This document shows positions 43,879 to 52,648 of a stretch of DNA of 64,000 nucleotides, piece after piece; the stretch's first letter is position 1; each line of letters starts with the position of its first letter. The notes under the pieces are model-generated. The model worked only from the letters and a program-made list of their open reading frames with translations. It was not told the origin of the DNA and made no database searches. The position numbers and the translations under genes are program-made. The stretch is from a virus, in the IMG/VR virus record IMGVR_UViG_3300009182_000042, positions 20,053 to 84,052 of that record, one strand, 5' to 3'.

Positions 43879-45078
43879 ATGAACGTAGATCAGTTATTAT
43901 ATAAAATTATCAAAGAAGAGGAAGTGTACACTCGGGCCAATCTTAACAAGAAAGATTTTAGTACATTAACGAGTCTATATGACACTATTACTGGTAATTT
44001 TTATATTACTGAGAATCAGGCTAGACTGATTTTAAAAATTCTAAAAGAGAATCAGAAAAAATTAAGCAATTTTTCTTTGGAGATAGAGGAAGCTGTAACT
44101 ACACCCGTGTGGTTAAAATTGTTCAGACCTGTAGAATCCGTAAAGAAACTTTTTATTGAAAACAATGGCACAGACGACCCGTGTTTGGTGATTGAAGTGA
44201 CCTACAATTCGCAGATTAGAAAATTATTAAATGCCAAAATGTCAGTGCTGGAAGAGTTTGCCCAAGCTGAAGGGTTTAAAACATTCAAGGTGGCATTGAC
44301 AGAAAAAAATATCATTACCTTGTACGAGATGTTAGAACCGTTGCAGTTTGAGATCGATTTAACCATCACAAACTATTATACCACCATAAAATCTTGGTCA
44401 AGGTCCGAAGCTGAAAATCAGTTCTTCATAGACAACATAGCCAGTAAGACCTTTCATAAACATCTTGCACAAGACATAGATACTGATATTTTTAGCAATC
44501 CACTGATCCTAGTAGACCGTAGTATGCGATATAGGTTCACAACAAATATGTCTAAAAATCACGGTGAAAACCTAACTGAACACATAGCCAATAGATCTAA
44601 AACACGAGTATGGATTGACAAGAATCAGCACTCGTTGTCTGATATTGTTACCAGTCTAAAACAACTGCATAGACTACCATTGTTGTTGGTTTTTGAAATA
44701 CAAGACACAGTAAAGTTCCAAGAGCATTTGAACATACTGTCTTGTGCTTTAGAAAAGAATGAAATTATTGACAATATCGGCATTTATTTTAGGTTGGCAA
44801 ATACCGAAGACGGTAAAAAATTCAACCAAGACATTGCGATCAAGCAGTATAATAAAATGCTGGATCATGCCACCCAAGTGGCTGTTGTACAGAGTGGAAA
44901 ACTGCCAAAGTTTTTCTTAAAAAGTTCCTGGACACCAATGAGCATTATCAATATAGACCCGCGCCTGGGCAGTAGACACGGCAAAACTGCTGTTTATTCA
45001 AACTGCTGTGATCTTATCATAGACTACGCATCCGAACAGCCAATGGAAGAAAGTTCAAAGGCCGGCGCATGGCGGTGA
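43879..45078 (+). CDS. Hypothetical protein
   Basis: Long ORF. The track's TTG start at 43843 is the -35 box, so ATG 43879 is preferred. Confidence 0.6.
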   Translation: MNVDQLLYKIIKEEEVYTRANLNKKDFSTLTSLYDTITGNFYITENQARLILKILKENQKKLSNFSLEIEEAVTTPVWLKLFRPVESVKKLFIENNGTDDPCLVIEVTYNSQIRKLLNAKMSVLEEFAQAEGFKTFKVALTEKNIITLYEMLEPLQFEIDLTITNYYTTIKSWSRSEAENQFFIDNIASKTFHKHLAQDIDTDIFSNPLILVDRSMRYRFTTNMSKNHGENLTEHIANRSKTRVWIDKNQHSLSDIVTSLKQLHRLPLLLVFEIQDTVKFQEHLNILSCALEKNEIIDNIGIYFRLANTEDGKKFNQDIAIKQYNKMLDHATQVAVVQSGKLPKFFLKSSWTPMSIINIDPRLGSRHGKTAVYSNCCDLIIDYASEQPMEESSKAGAWR

Positions 45079-46538
45079 AATTAATAATCAAAGACGAGGT
45101 GAATATCAAGTTTGAAAACTTGAGTCTTGATGCACGGAAAAAATTAGCCAACGCATTCAAGTATGAGGATCCCACTGCGAGATATCGTCCAGCATACAAA
45201 TTAGGTCGATGGGATGGCAAAGTCAGCATGTTTGGTCTTGGCGGAAATGGCTATCTCAGTCAACTGGAGCGATGCCTAAGCATACTTGGCGACATGGACA
45301 TCAGCATCGACGAACTGGATGATTTGCGTACTACCAAACAAATAACATTTGAGCCCATCAATGAAAATTACTGGGCAGAACAAGGTAAAGTGTGGCCCGA
45401 AGGACATAGATATGTTGGCCAACCTATTGTGCTTAGAGCGGATCAAGTTGAAGTGGTCAACAGATTTTTCACCAACACACAAAGTTTACAGGAAGTGGCA
45501 ACTGGCGCTGGCAAAACTATTATGACAGCAACCATGTCGCATTGTTGTGAAAAATTTGGGCGCACAATCGTTATTGTACCCAACAAAGACCTTGTTACTC
45601 AAACAGAAGAGGATTTCGTTAACGTGGGATTGGATGTGGGGGTGTACTATGGCGACCGTAAAGATTTGGGACGTACTCACACTATCTGTACTTGGCAAAG
45701 TCTTAATATTTTAGATAAAAAATCCAAGAACTGGGATGCTGATATTGCTGTCACCCTGGCAGAATTTCTTGACGGTGTCAAAACTGTGATTGTTGACGAA
45801 GTGCATATGGCCAAAGCGGAAGTACTGAAAAATCTACTTACACAAAACTTATGCAACGCTCCCATACGTTGGGGTTTGACCGGAACTGTGCCTAAAGATG
45901 CATTTGAATCGGAACCCATATTTGCCAGCATCGGCCCAGTAATTGGCGGCATCAAAGCACATGAGTTACAAGAGATGGGAATATTAAGTAATTTACATGT
46001 GAATGTGTTACAATTAATAGACATACCAGAATTCAAAACATACCAAGAAGAATTAAAATATCTTGTTACTAACAAAGACAGAATGACATATTTTAGCAAA
46101 TTAATTAAAGGCTTATCGGAATCAGGCAACACACTTATCCTAGTCAATAGGATTGATACAGGCAAATTACTAACAGAGATGATAGACGGTGCAGTGTTTA
46201 TTTCAGGTGAAGTCAAGGGAACAAAAAGAAAAGAGGAGTACAAAGAACATGCAACAATGGATAATAAAGTTACGGTCGCGACCTATGGTGTCGCGGCTGT
46301 TGGTATCAATATACCTCGTATCTTTAACTTGGTTCTTTTGGAGCCTGGCAAATCGTTTGTCAGAGTTATTCAAAGTATAGGACGTGGTATCCGTAAGGCA
46401 GAAGACAAAGACTTTGTACAAATCTGGGACATAACTTCAACTTGTAAATTTGCAAAACGTCATCTCACAACAAGGAAGAAATTTTACAAGGACGCCAAGT
46501 ATCCATTTACTTTAGAGAAAGTGGACTGGCAAAAATAA
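45069..46538 (+). CDS. uvsW: SF2 DNA helicase
   Basis: WDGKVSMF, ATGAGKT, VDEVH, GLTGT, GINIPRI, IQSIGRGIR. Confidence 0.9.
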   Translation: MAVKLIIKDEVNIKFENLSLDARKKLANAFKYEDPTARYRPAYKLGRWDGKVSMFGLGGNGYLSQLERCLSILGDMDISIDELDDLRTTKQITFEPINENYWAEQGKVWPEGHRYVGQPIVLRADQVEVVNRFFTNTQSLQEVATGAGKTIMTATMSHCCEKFGRTIVIVPNKDLVTQTEEDFVNVGLDVGVYYGDRKDLGRTHTICTWQSLNILDKKSKNWDADIAVTLAEFLDGVKTVIVDEVHMAKAEVLKNLLTQNLCNAPIRWGLTGTVPKDAFESEPIFASIGPVIGGIKAHELQEMGILSNLHVNVLQLIDIPEFKTYQEELKYLVTNKDRMTYFSKLIKGLSESGNTLILVNRIDTGKLLTEMIDGAVFISGEVKGTKRKEEYKEHATMDNKVTVATYGVAAVGINIPRIFNLVLLEPGKSFVRVIQSIGRGIRKAEDKDFVQIWDITSTCKFAKRHLTTRKKFYKDAKYPFTLEKVDWQK

Positions 46539-46544
46539 GGAATC

Positions 46545-47051
46545 ATGCAGATACTAACATTAGACAATCAAACGTTCTCACTGAACAATTTACCAGAGGA
46601 AGTGGACGAAAATACCAGATTCGCGGTGCTGGATAACAGCAATCCCAACGAGCCAGATTTTTTCTTCATGCCGTTGATATTCCTAGAATCATTCAACGCA
46701 CCTGCTATGGTATTAAATATCGGGGGTAACGAAATTGCAATGCCCATTGACTGGAGCATAGCAGTTGGTGATAGTTCTAGTGGCTGTGACATTGAAATTT
46801 TGCCGTTAACCAGCTTGAACGATAGAGGATTTGAAGCACTGTGTTTTAACCCTCTCAGTAGTTTTAGAGTAGAATTTAAAAAAATAGAAATTGTAAATTT
46901 TTACAATGACGTCAAATGGTATTTTCCAAAGATGAAAAACAGCCAGCTATTGGCCACTCCGATTAGACAAGGAGACAAGCCAGACTGTGTGTATTTTGTA
47001 AAAGAAATATCAAGACAGAATGAAATTATTCAATTGGATAAAATATTATGA
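46545..47051 (+). CDS. Hypothetical protein
   Basis: AAGGA SD; ATGA overlap with the next gene. Confidence 0.6.
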   Translation: MQILTLDNQTFSLNNLPEEVDENTRFAVLDNSNPNEPDFFFMPLIFLESFNAPAMVLNIGGNEIAMPIDWSIAVGDSSSGCDIEILPLTSLNDRGFEALCFNPLSSFRVEFKKIEIVNFYNDVKWYFPKMKNSQLLATPIRQGDKPDCVYFVKEISRQNEIIQLDKIL

Positions 47052-47689
47052 CACTGAAAGTTGCTTATTTTCAACCTACAATTTTAGCAATCGACGATAT
47101 ACCGGCAGTGGAATTTAGTCGTATGTTGAGTCTGGTCAACGACATGCACTCTAGACCGGAACACGATGATTCAACACATCCAGGACTGAGTATTCGCGGA
47201 GGCCAACAGATCCACGTTTATCCCAACCCCATTGGTATCGATGTGTTGTGGTTGGTATATTATCTGGAAACATTGTGCAAAGGATATATGGATATCATTA
47301 CACAACAATCTGGCAAGGAAGAATTAAAATACTGCAAGCCATTGATTACAAGCATCTGGACCATACGTCAGAAAGAAGGAGACTACCAAGAGATGCACAG
47401 TCATCCAGACGGACATCTTAGCGGAAATATCTATATCACAGCTCCCGATATCGATGGCGATATTGCCAATTCGTCAGACGGTCAAATACTATTCCAACTG
47501 CCACAAAATAAAGACATTAGAAAATTTGTCATGCAAGATGTATGGAAATACAAGCCTATTCCCGGCACTGTGATAGTATTCCCCAGCCATGTTCCACACA
47601 CTGTTTATCCTTGGAAAGGCCCAGGTTACAGAACAGTTATGGCATTCGATGCCAAGTTGGTGCCATTGGATTTTGAACCGAAACAATAA
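47048..47689 (+). CDS. 2OG-Fe(II) oxygenase-like protein
   Basis: W...Q.EGDYQEMHSH...LSGNIY...PGTVIVFPSHVPHTVYP...RTVMAFD. Confidence 0.8.
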   Translation: MTLKVAYFQPTILAIDDIPAVEFSRMLSLVNDMHSRPEHDDSTHPGLSIRGGQQIHVYPNPIGIDVLWLVYYLETLCKGYMDIITQQSGKEELKYCKPLITSIWTIRQKEGDYQEMHSHPDGHLSGNIYITAPDIDGDIANSSDGQILFQLPQNKDIRKFVMQDVWKYKPIPGTVIVFPSHVPHTVYPWKGPGYRTVMAFDAKLVPLDFEPKQ

Positions 47690-47691
47690 TT

Positions 47692-48273
47692 ATGAAAATG
47701 ATACCAATTGGTATACAGATATACCAAAGCACTATATCCGATGAACTTTACAAGTTCTTGTTGGATCAGTACGAAAATCATTTGGAATCATACAACCAAT
47801 TATATCAAAATGAAAATTATTTTGGCGGTAGAGATTTTGAATTTTTAAAGCCAGCACACAAGCAATTTGTAGAAAATCAACTGTCGAAACATGTGATTGA
47901 ATATATAGGAAAAAACAATCTAAGATTACTTAATCAGTGGATCAACATTCAAGCACATGACGGATTCCAACCTGTACATAACCATACTGGCATCATTAGT
48001 TATGTGATTTATCTTAAAATTCCCGAGTACCTACAAAACTATGAAGGCAAGCGTAGACAGTGTATCGACTATGTGGAAGGTGCTATACAATTTAATTATG
48101 GACATGCAAACAGCCTATTTCCGCCACAAGCACTGGTATATCCAGAAGAACGTATGCTATTGATGTTCCCATCTGAAATCACGCACTATGTGTATCCTTT
48201 TAGGGACCGCGACAGTTTACGCATATCTATCAGCGGTAATTTTGTAAAGGAAAATTGGAATGGGCAATCTTAA
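47692..48273 (+). CDS. 2OG-Fe(II) oxygenase-like protein
   Basis: WINIQ...FQPVHNH.G.ISYVIYL...MFPSEITHYVYPF...RISISGN. Confidence 0.8.
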   Translation: MKMIPIGIQIYQSTISDELYKFLLDQYENHLESYNQLYQNENYFGGRDFEFLKPAHKQFVENQLSKHVIEYIGKNNLRLLNQWINIQAHDGFQPVHNHTGIISYVIYLKIPEYLQNYEGKRRQCIDYVEGAIQFNYGHANSLFPPQALVYPEERMLLMFPSEITHYVYPFRDRDSLRISISGNFVKENWNGQS

Positions 48274-48550
48274 ACCAGGTGCAAAATACATATACGAGAG
48301 GACAGATGGTGTGACGTATGCCAGAGAATTTGGTGCCGATCCTATCACTAGACAAGCTATAGGTTGGAAATATGACCCTACGGATCCAAATTTTGATCCT
48401 AGAACTCGCACTGGTAAACCGTTATACGAACAGATACAGGAAAGTAAGATGTGGGGTGAAATTCATCGCATGGCTGAAACCAATCCCACTTTACAAAAAG
48501 CTCTTGATCGTGTTATAATGATATACAAACTGAGCAAAGACAAACTATGA
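48260..48550 (+). CDS. Hypothetical protein
   Basis: AAGGA SD; overlaps neighbours in the operon. Confidence 0.55.
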   Translation: MGNLKPGAKYIYERTDGVTYAREFGADPITRQAIGWKYDPTDPNFDPRTRTGKPLYEQIQESKMWGEIHRMAETNPTLQKALDRVIMIYKLSKDKL

Positions 48551-49020
48551 GTGATAAAATTGAACTTAAGGAAAAGTTAGCATTCGTCGATATGAATGTG
48601 AGACAGGCATGGGATGAAATGACACCCGAACAACAGAAAAGCCTTAAGAGCGAGTTCTTTATTTTAAATAGATATGTGAGCAGTGCTAAAACTCCAAAGC
48701 GCGAAGTACAGGAACATTTTGTATTAACTGTGAATGAGTACTTTAACAAGCATTGGAACAGTTTACAAAAACATCCCAAGTTATTATGGTTGTTGTTGTG
48801 CATGTGCAGTTATAACGGAGAAACTGTGTTCTTCCATGAATGGATCGGTAAAAAGAAAACAACCGGTGGCAAGCGAATAAAATTATTAGAAGAATTAATG
48901 CCCCATTTGAAACACGACGAGTTGGCAGTATTAGCAAAGATTTCTACAGATAAAGAAATTAAAGAGCTTGCACGAAAATATGGTATGGAAGAAGCTGATA
49001 TTGCCAAGCGACTGAAATGA
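48547..49020 (+). CDS. Hypothetical protein (weakly reminiscent of clamp-loader small subunit gp62)
   Basis: ATGA overlaps; size and replication context fit; resemblance judged by eye only. Confidence 0.4.
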   Translation: MSDKIELKEKLAFVDMNVRQAWDEMTPEQQKSLKSEFFILNRYVSSAKTPKREVQEHFVLTVNEYFNKHWNSLQKHPKLLWLLLCMCSYNGETVFFHEWIGKKKTTGGKRIKLLEELMPHLKHDELAVLAKISTDKEIKELARKYGMEEADIAKRLK

Positions 49021-49715
49021 AACTAGAAACTGAAAATATTTCGTATCAATGTACCTATTGTGGTAGTAATTTTACTCGAGAAAAAACTCTATTCGTCCAT
49101 GTTTGTGAGCAAAAACGTCGATCTCTTGCAAAATCAGAAAGGCATGTGGTATTGGCATATGATACATTCAACAAATTTTATAAGTTTGCACAGCCCACAA
49201 TGTACAAAGACAAGTCGTATGAAGAGTTTGCAAAAAGTCCGTACTACAACGCATTTGTAAAGTTTGGTAGCTTTGTTAGCAATGTAAATCCATTGTATCC
49301 CGATCAATTTATTACCTATGTGGTACACAGCGGAGTAAAACTAGATCATTGGTGTAGAGAAGAGTTGTACGAAAAATATGTGATTGACTTGATCAAGACA
49401 GAACCAGCAGAAACAGCTCTTCAACGAAGCATCAGTCATATGGTAGCATGGGGAGATGCCAATTCTGCGCCATGGAATCATTATTTTCTATATGTTAGTC
49501 TCAGTCGTGCTTGTTTTGATATCAAAGATGGAAAGATTAGTCCTTGGTTGGTGTTGCATAGTGGCAATGGCAAAGCAATGTTACAAAAATTCAACGATGA
49601 ACAATTGAACGCAGTGGGTGCAATGATTGATCCTCCTTTCTGGGTCCATCGCTTTAAAAAATTGCCAGCGGATGTGGAATTTGTGAAAGAAGTTATTAGA
49701 GAATCGGACCTATAA
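49017..49715 (+). CDS. Hypothetical protein with an N-terminal zinc finger
   Basis: YQCTYCGSNFTREKTLFVHVC (C2H2/C2HC-like). Confidence 0.6.
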   Translation: MKLETENISYQCTYCGSNFTREKTLFVHVCEQKRRSLAKSERHVVLAYDTFNKFYKFAQPTMYKDKSYEEFAKSPYYNAFVKFGSFVSNVNPLYPDQFITYVVHSGVKLDHWCREELYEKYVIDLIKTEPAETALQRSISHMVAWGDANSAPWNHYFLYVSLSRACFDIKDGKISPWLVLHSGNGKAMLQKFNDEQLNAVGAMIDPPFWVHRFKKLPADVEFVKEVIRESDL

Positions 49716-50296
49716 TGCCAGATATTGATTTAGATTTTGCCGATAGAACTCAAGCACTAGCTGTGTTAAAACACGTGGATGCCAGTCTCGATAGTACTTT
49801 TAAAAAACACAATACCGGCATATATTGTACTTCTATTCCGTACAACCCAATCACTGGAATGAGTACTATAGATTATAAAACTGCTGAAGATCGCGGATAT
49901 TTTAAAATAGACTTTTTAAATGTCAGTGTGTACGAAGGTGTAAAAAACAAAGAGCATTTGACTAAATTATTGGAGACAGACCCTCTATGGGATCTTTTAC
50001 TAGAAGACGACTTCGTCAACAAGCTGTTTCACGTGAACGGGCATGGTTCTATATTGCGGCAAATGAAACCCACCTCGATAGAACAACTGGCCGCTGTATT
50101 AGCAATGATACGTCCCGCGAAACGTTATCTGATTGGGAAAGAATGGACCACGGTGATGATGGAAGTTTGGACAAAACCGGAGAATGATGACTACTATTTT
50201 AAGAAGGCCCACGCAGTTGCGTATGCACACGTGGTGGTTGTACAGATGAACTTAATCTGTGAAAAGTTAACGAACTTTTCTGACGAGTTGAACTGA
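49715..50296 (+). CDS. Miniature DNA polymerase III alpha (DnaE)-like catalytic core
   Basis: PDIDLDF, KHNTGIY, GYFKIDFLN, P.SIEQLAAVLAMIRP, YYFKKAHAVAYA: ordered DnaE palm/finger motifs in 193 aa. Confidence 0.75.
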   Translation: MPDIDLDFADRTQALAVLKHVDASLDSTFKKHNTGIYCTSIPYNPITGMSTIDYKTAEDRGYFKIDFLNVSVYEGVKNKEHLTKLLETDPLWDLLLEDDFVNKLFHVNGHGSILRQMKPTSIEQLAAVLAMIRPAKRYLIGKEWTTVMMEVWTKPENDDYYFKKAHAVAYAHVVVVQMNLICEKLTNFSDELN

Positions 50297-50641
50297 TTTA
50301 CGTTTTACACGTTTCATAGTTAAATTCATGAGATTCACGACCGGTCCCAATAATACTCTTACATCTTTGCTGTTGAATGTTTTTATACAGTAACTAAACG
50401 GGTATATTTGCTCTCTACAGAAAATATTAATGGGGAATTGACGATTGCTTTCCCACCACCAAGTTTCGCCGATGTCTAAAAACACTGTTTTTTCTTCGGG
50501 AGTCTTGATGGCGTTTAAATCGTAAAAGCTGGTAACAAACTGATCTTGATTTATTATGATGCCGACATACTCATTTTCACCGTAGTTGATTACGCTGATA
50601 AAAGGTAAATTTTGTTCTATATTGTCTCTTAATTTTGCCAT
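50267..50641 (-). CDS. Hypothetical protein
   Basis: Globular-looking ORF (WWWESNRQFPINIF); TATAAATA on the minus strand at 50685-50692. Confidence 0.6.
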   Translation of the reverse strand: MAKLRDNIEQNLPFISVINYGENEYVGIIINQDQFVTSFYDLNAIKTPEEKTVFLDIGETWWWESNRQFPINIFCREQIYPFSYCIKTFNSKDVRVLLGPVVNLMNLTMKRVKRKSVQLVRKVR

Positions 50642-50666
50642 AAATACTATTAAAGGTCCTTGCCAA

Positions 50667-51509
50667 ATGCAAAAAATCCAAAGTTATTTATACCCAAACA
50701 GAGTCATACTCTTGGCCGATTTGGCAGGATTCACAACGGAGAATACAGTCGTGTACGCAAAAACAATTAAGATTTACAAAGGTGTTGCCAATGTCATTGA
50801 GTTTGACATTCAGAACGCTGACCAGAAAAGACTGGACCTAGTTACCACTCCGTCAATAACAAATTTACGATTAAATGTAATGGATTCTAGCGGCAAGGGA
50901 TTGGCAACTAGTCCGTATACTATCAGCACTACTAGTATCACAGGAATTGGAAAAGTAACTATTCCTGCCGCAGATACTGCCAGTGTAGCACACCAGTTTT
51001 TAAAATACAGTGTCACAGCAACTGATTCAAGTACTAACACAATACCACTTTATACAGACAGTAGATTCAATGCAGTTGGTACAATTGAAGTAGTTGGTTC
51101 TGCAACACCGGTTACTCGAAGTAGCATTGTTTATGATAAGTTTAGTGGCGAAATTAATTTCATGGGCAATGTTATCAATCATACCAGTGCAATACCAGCT
51201 AAATTTTACGAAGCAACACCAACTTCTACCGTAAATTTTGCAATCAGTCTAACTGGATTTGTAGGTAATCTTTATCTCGAAGCAACAGAAGATAGTACAG
51301 TGAGTGTAGAGTCATTTCGAAATGCTACACAACTTCAAACATTCTCTAGTACCAGTGCAACTACTCAAACTGTGAATTTTACCGGAACTGTGGGCAAATA
51401 TAATTACTTTAGAGTGAGTTGGAAATATCCAGACATTTGGCAATTTGGTAGTCAACAAAATGCTCTATTATACTACGGAACGGTTGATACAGTTACAGTT
51501 AGCTATTGA
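50667..51509 (+). CDS. Probable virion structural protein (beta-rich)
   Basis: ATG 50667 preferred (AAAGGT SD, CATAAATA at 50639-50646); Thr/Ser-rich beta strands. Confidence 0.55.
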   Translation: MQKIQSYLYPNRVILLADLAGFTTENTVVYAKTIKIYKGVANVIEFDIQNADQKRLDLVTTPSITNLRLNVMDSSGKGLATSPYTISTTSITGIGKVTIPAADTASVAHQFLKYSVTATDSSTNTIPLYTDSRFNAVGTIEVVGSATPVTRSSIVYDKFSGEINFMGNVINHTSAIPAKFYEATPTSTVNFAISLTGFVGNLYLEATEDSTVSVESFRNATQLQTFSSTSATTQTVNFTGTVGKYNYFRVSWKYPDIWQFGSQQNALLYYGTVDTVTVSY

Positions 51510-51534
51510 TCTTAATCAAAAAATCTGTTATACT
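51506..51534 (+). promoter_or_regulatory. Sigma70-type promoter TTGATC-N17-TATACT
   Basis: ATG of the primase gene lies 6 nt after the -10 box. Confidence 0.65.
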
Positions 51535-51540
51535 TAGGCT

Positions 51541-52551
51541 ATGAGCCTAATCTCCGAGACACTCCAAGCACATTTACCTGGCAAGCGTAAACAAACTCCA
51601 AGCGGTTGGATTAGCTTTAACGCGGTGTGTTGTGACGACAAAAGACAGCGTGGCGGATTTATTGTCAATGCAGGGGATGCAGTTAGCTATCACTGTTTCA
51701 ACTGCGGGTTCAAATGCAGTTGGCAACCTGGCAGGCATATCAGTAAGAACATGAATAAATTCATGCGGGATCTTAATATTCCGGATGATATTATTAGTCA
51801 GCTGAGGTTGGAAGCACTTAGATTAGACGACAACAACACTACCGAAGTTCGCACAATAATTCCTAAGTTTGATACCAGAGCACTGCCATTAGATTCTAAA
51901 AGTTTTGCCGAATGGCAGACATTTCTCAAGATGACTGATGAGGATTATGAAATTCCGTCGGCGTTTTATAATGTAGTAGAATACCTAGCTCGACGAAAAA
52001 TAGATCCACTTGCTTATCCGTTTTATCATACTAACAAGGTTGGATTTAATAACAGAATTATTATCCCATTCTTATACAAAGGCGAAATTGTAGGTTGGAC
52101 CGCCCGTGCTGTGAATGATGTTCAACCTAAATATTTGAGTGAGCAACAACCTGGTTATGTGTTTAATTTAGACAATCAACTGGACGATAGAGAGTTCGTG
52201 ATTGTGAGTGAAGGGCCGTTTGATGCACTAAGTATTGATGGATGTGCATTGCTGGGCGCAGAAATTAAAGACAGTCAGAATTGGTTGCTTAAGCAATTAG
52301 GCAAAGAACTAATACTAGTGCCGGACAAGGATCATGAAGGCCCACGTACTGTAGAACAGGCAATCGAATATGGCTGGTCGGTAAGTATGCCAGATTGGCC
52401 AGACGGTGTCAAAGATATTAATGATGCTGTCATCAAGCTAGGAAGACTGGCAACATTATGGTTAATCGTAAGTGCTAAAGAATCAAACGCACTGAAAATT
52501 AGATTACGAGTAAAACAATGGTTTAAGGAACAACATGAACAAAATACTTGA
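51541..52551 (+). CDS. DNA primase (T4 gp61-like)
   Basis: Zn-binding CC...HCFNC, RIIIPF...GWTAR...PKY, TOPRIM EGPFDA, PDKD, KDIND. Confidence 0.9.
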   Translation: MSLISETLQAHLPGKRKQTPSGWISFNAVCCDDKRQRGGFIVNAGDAVSYHCFNCGFKCSWQPGRHISKNMNKFMRDLNIPDDIISQLRLEALRLDDNNTTEVRTIIPKFDTRALPLDSKSFAEWQTFLKMTDEDYEIPSAFYNVVEYLARRKIDPLAYPFYHTNKVGFNNRIIIPFLYKGEIVGWTARAVNDVQPKYLSEQQPGYVFNLDNQLDDREFVIVSEGPFDALSIDGCALLGAEIKDSQNWLLKQLGKELILVPDKDHEGPRTVEQAIEYGWSVSMPDWPDGVKDINDAVIKLGRLATLWLIVSAKESNALKIRLRVKQWFKEQHEQNT

Positions 52552-52648
52552 TTTGTTATTGTGGCCATGGCATCGTTGGCAAGATCACAAGATGTATAAG
52601 AAAAAACTAGAGGAACTACGGAAAAGAGATCCGTTTATCTACAAATGA
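52535..52648 (+). CDS. 37-aa small ORF absent from the track (MNKILDLLLWPWHRWQDHKMYKKKLEELRKRDPFIYK)
   Basis: TAAGGA SD, fills the primase-carbamoyltransferase gap, ATGA overlap with ATG 52645. Confidence 0.65.
   Translation: MNKILDLLLWPWHRWQDHKMYKKKLEELRKRDPFIYK

Noticed and set aside
30878-50586. Track start codons at 30878, 34761, 43843 and 50586
   Set aside because: These TTG starts overlap upstream genes or promoter boxes; ATGs at 30899, 34812, 43879 and 50667 fit the promoter/SD positions better.
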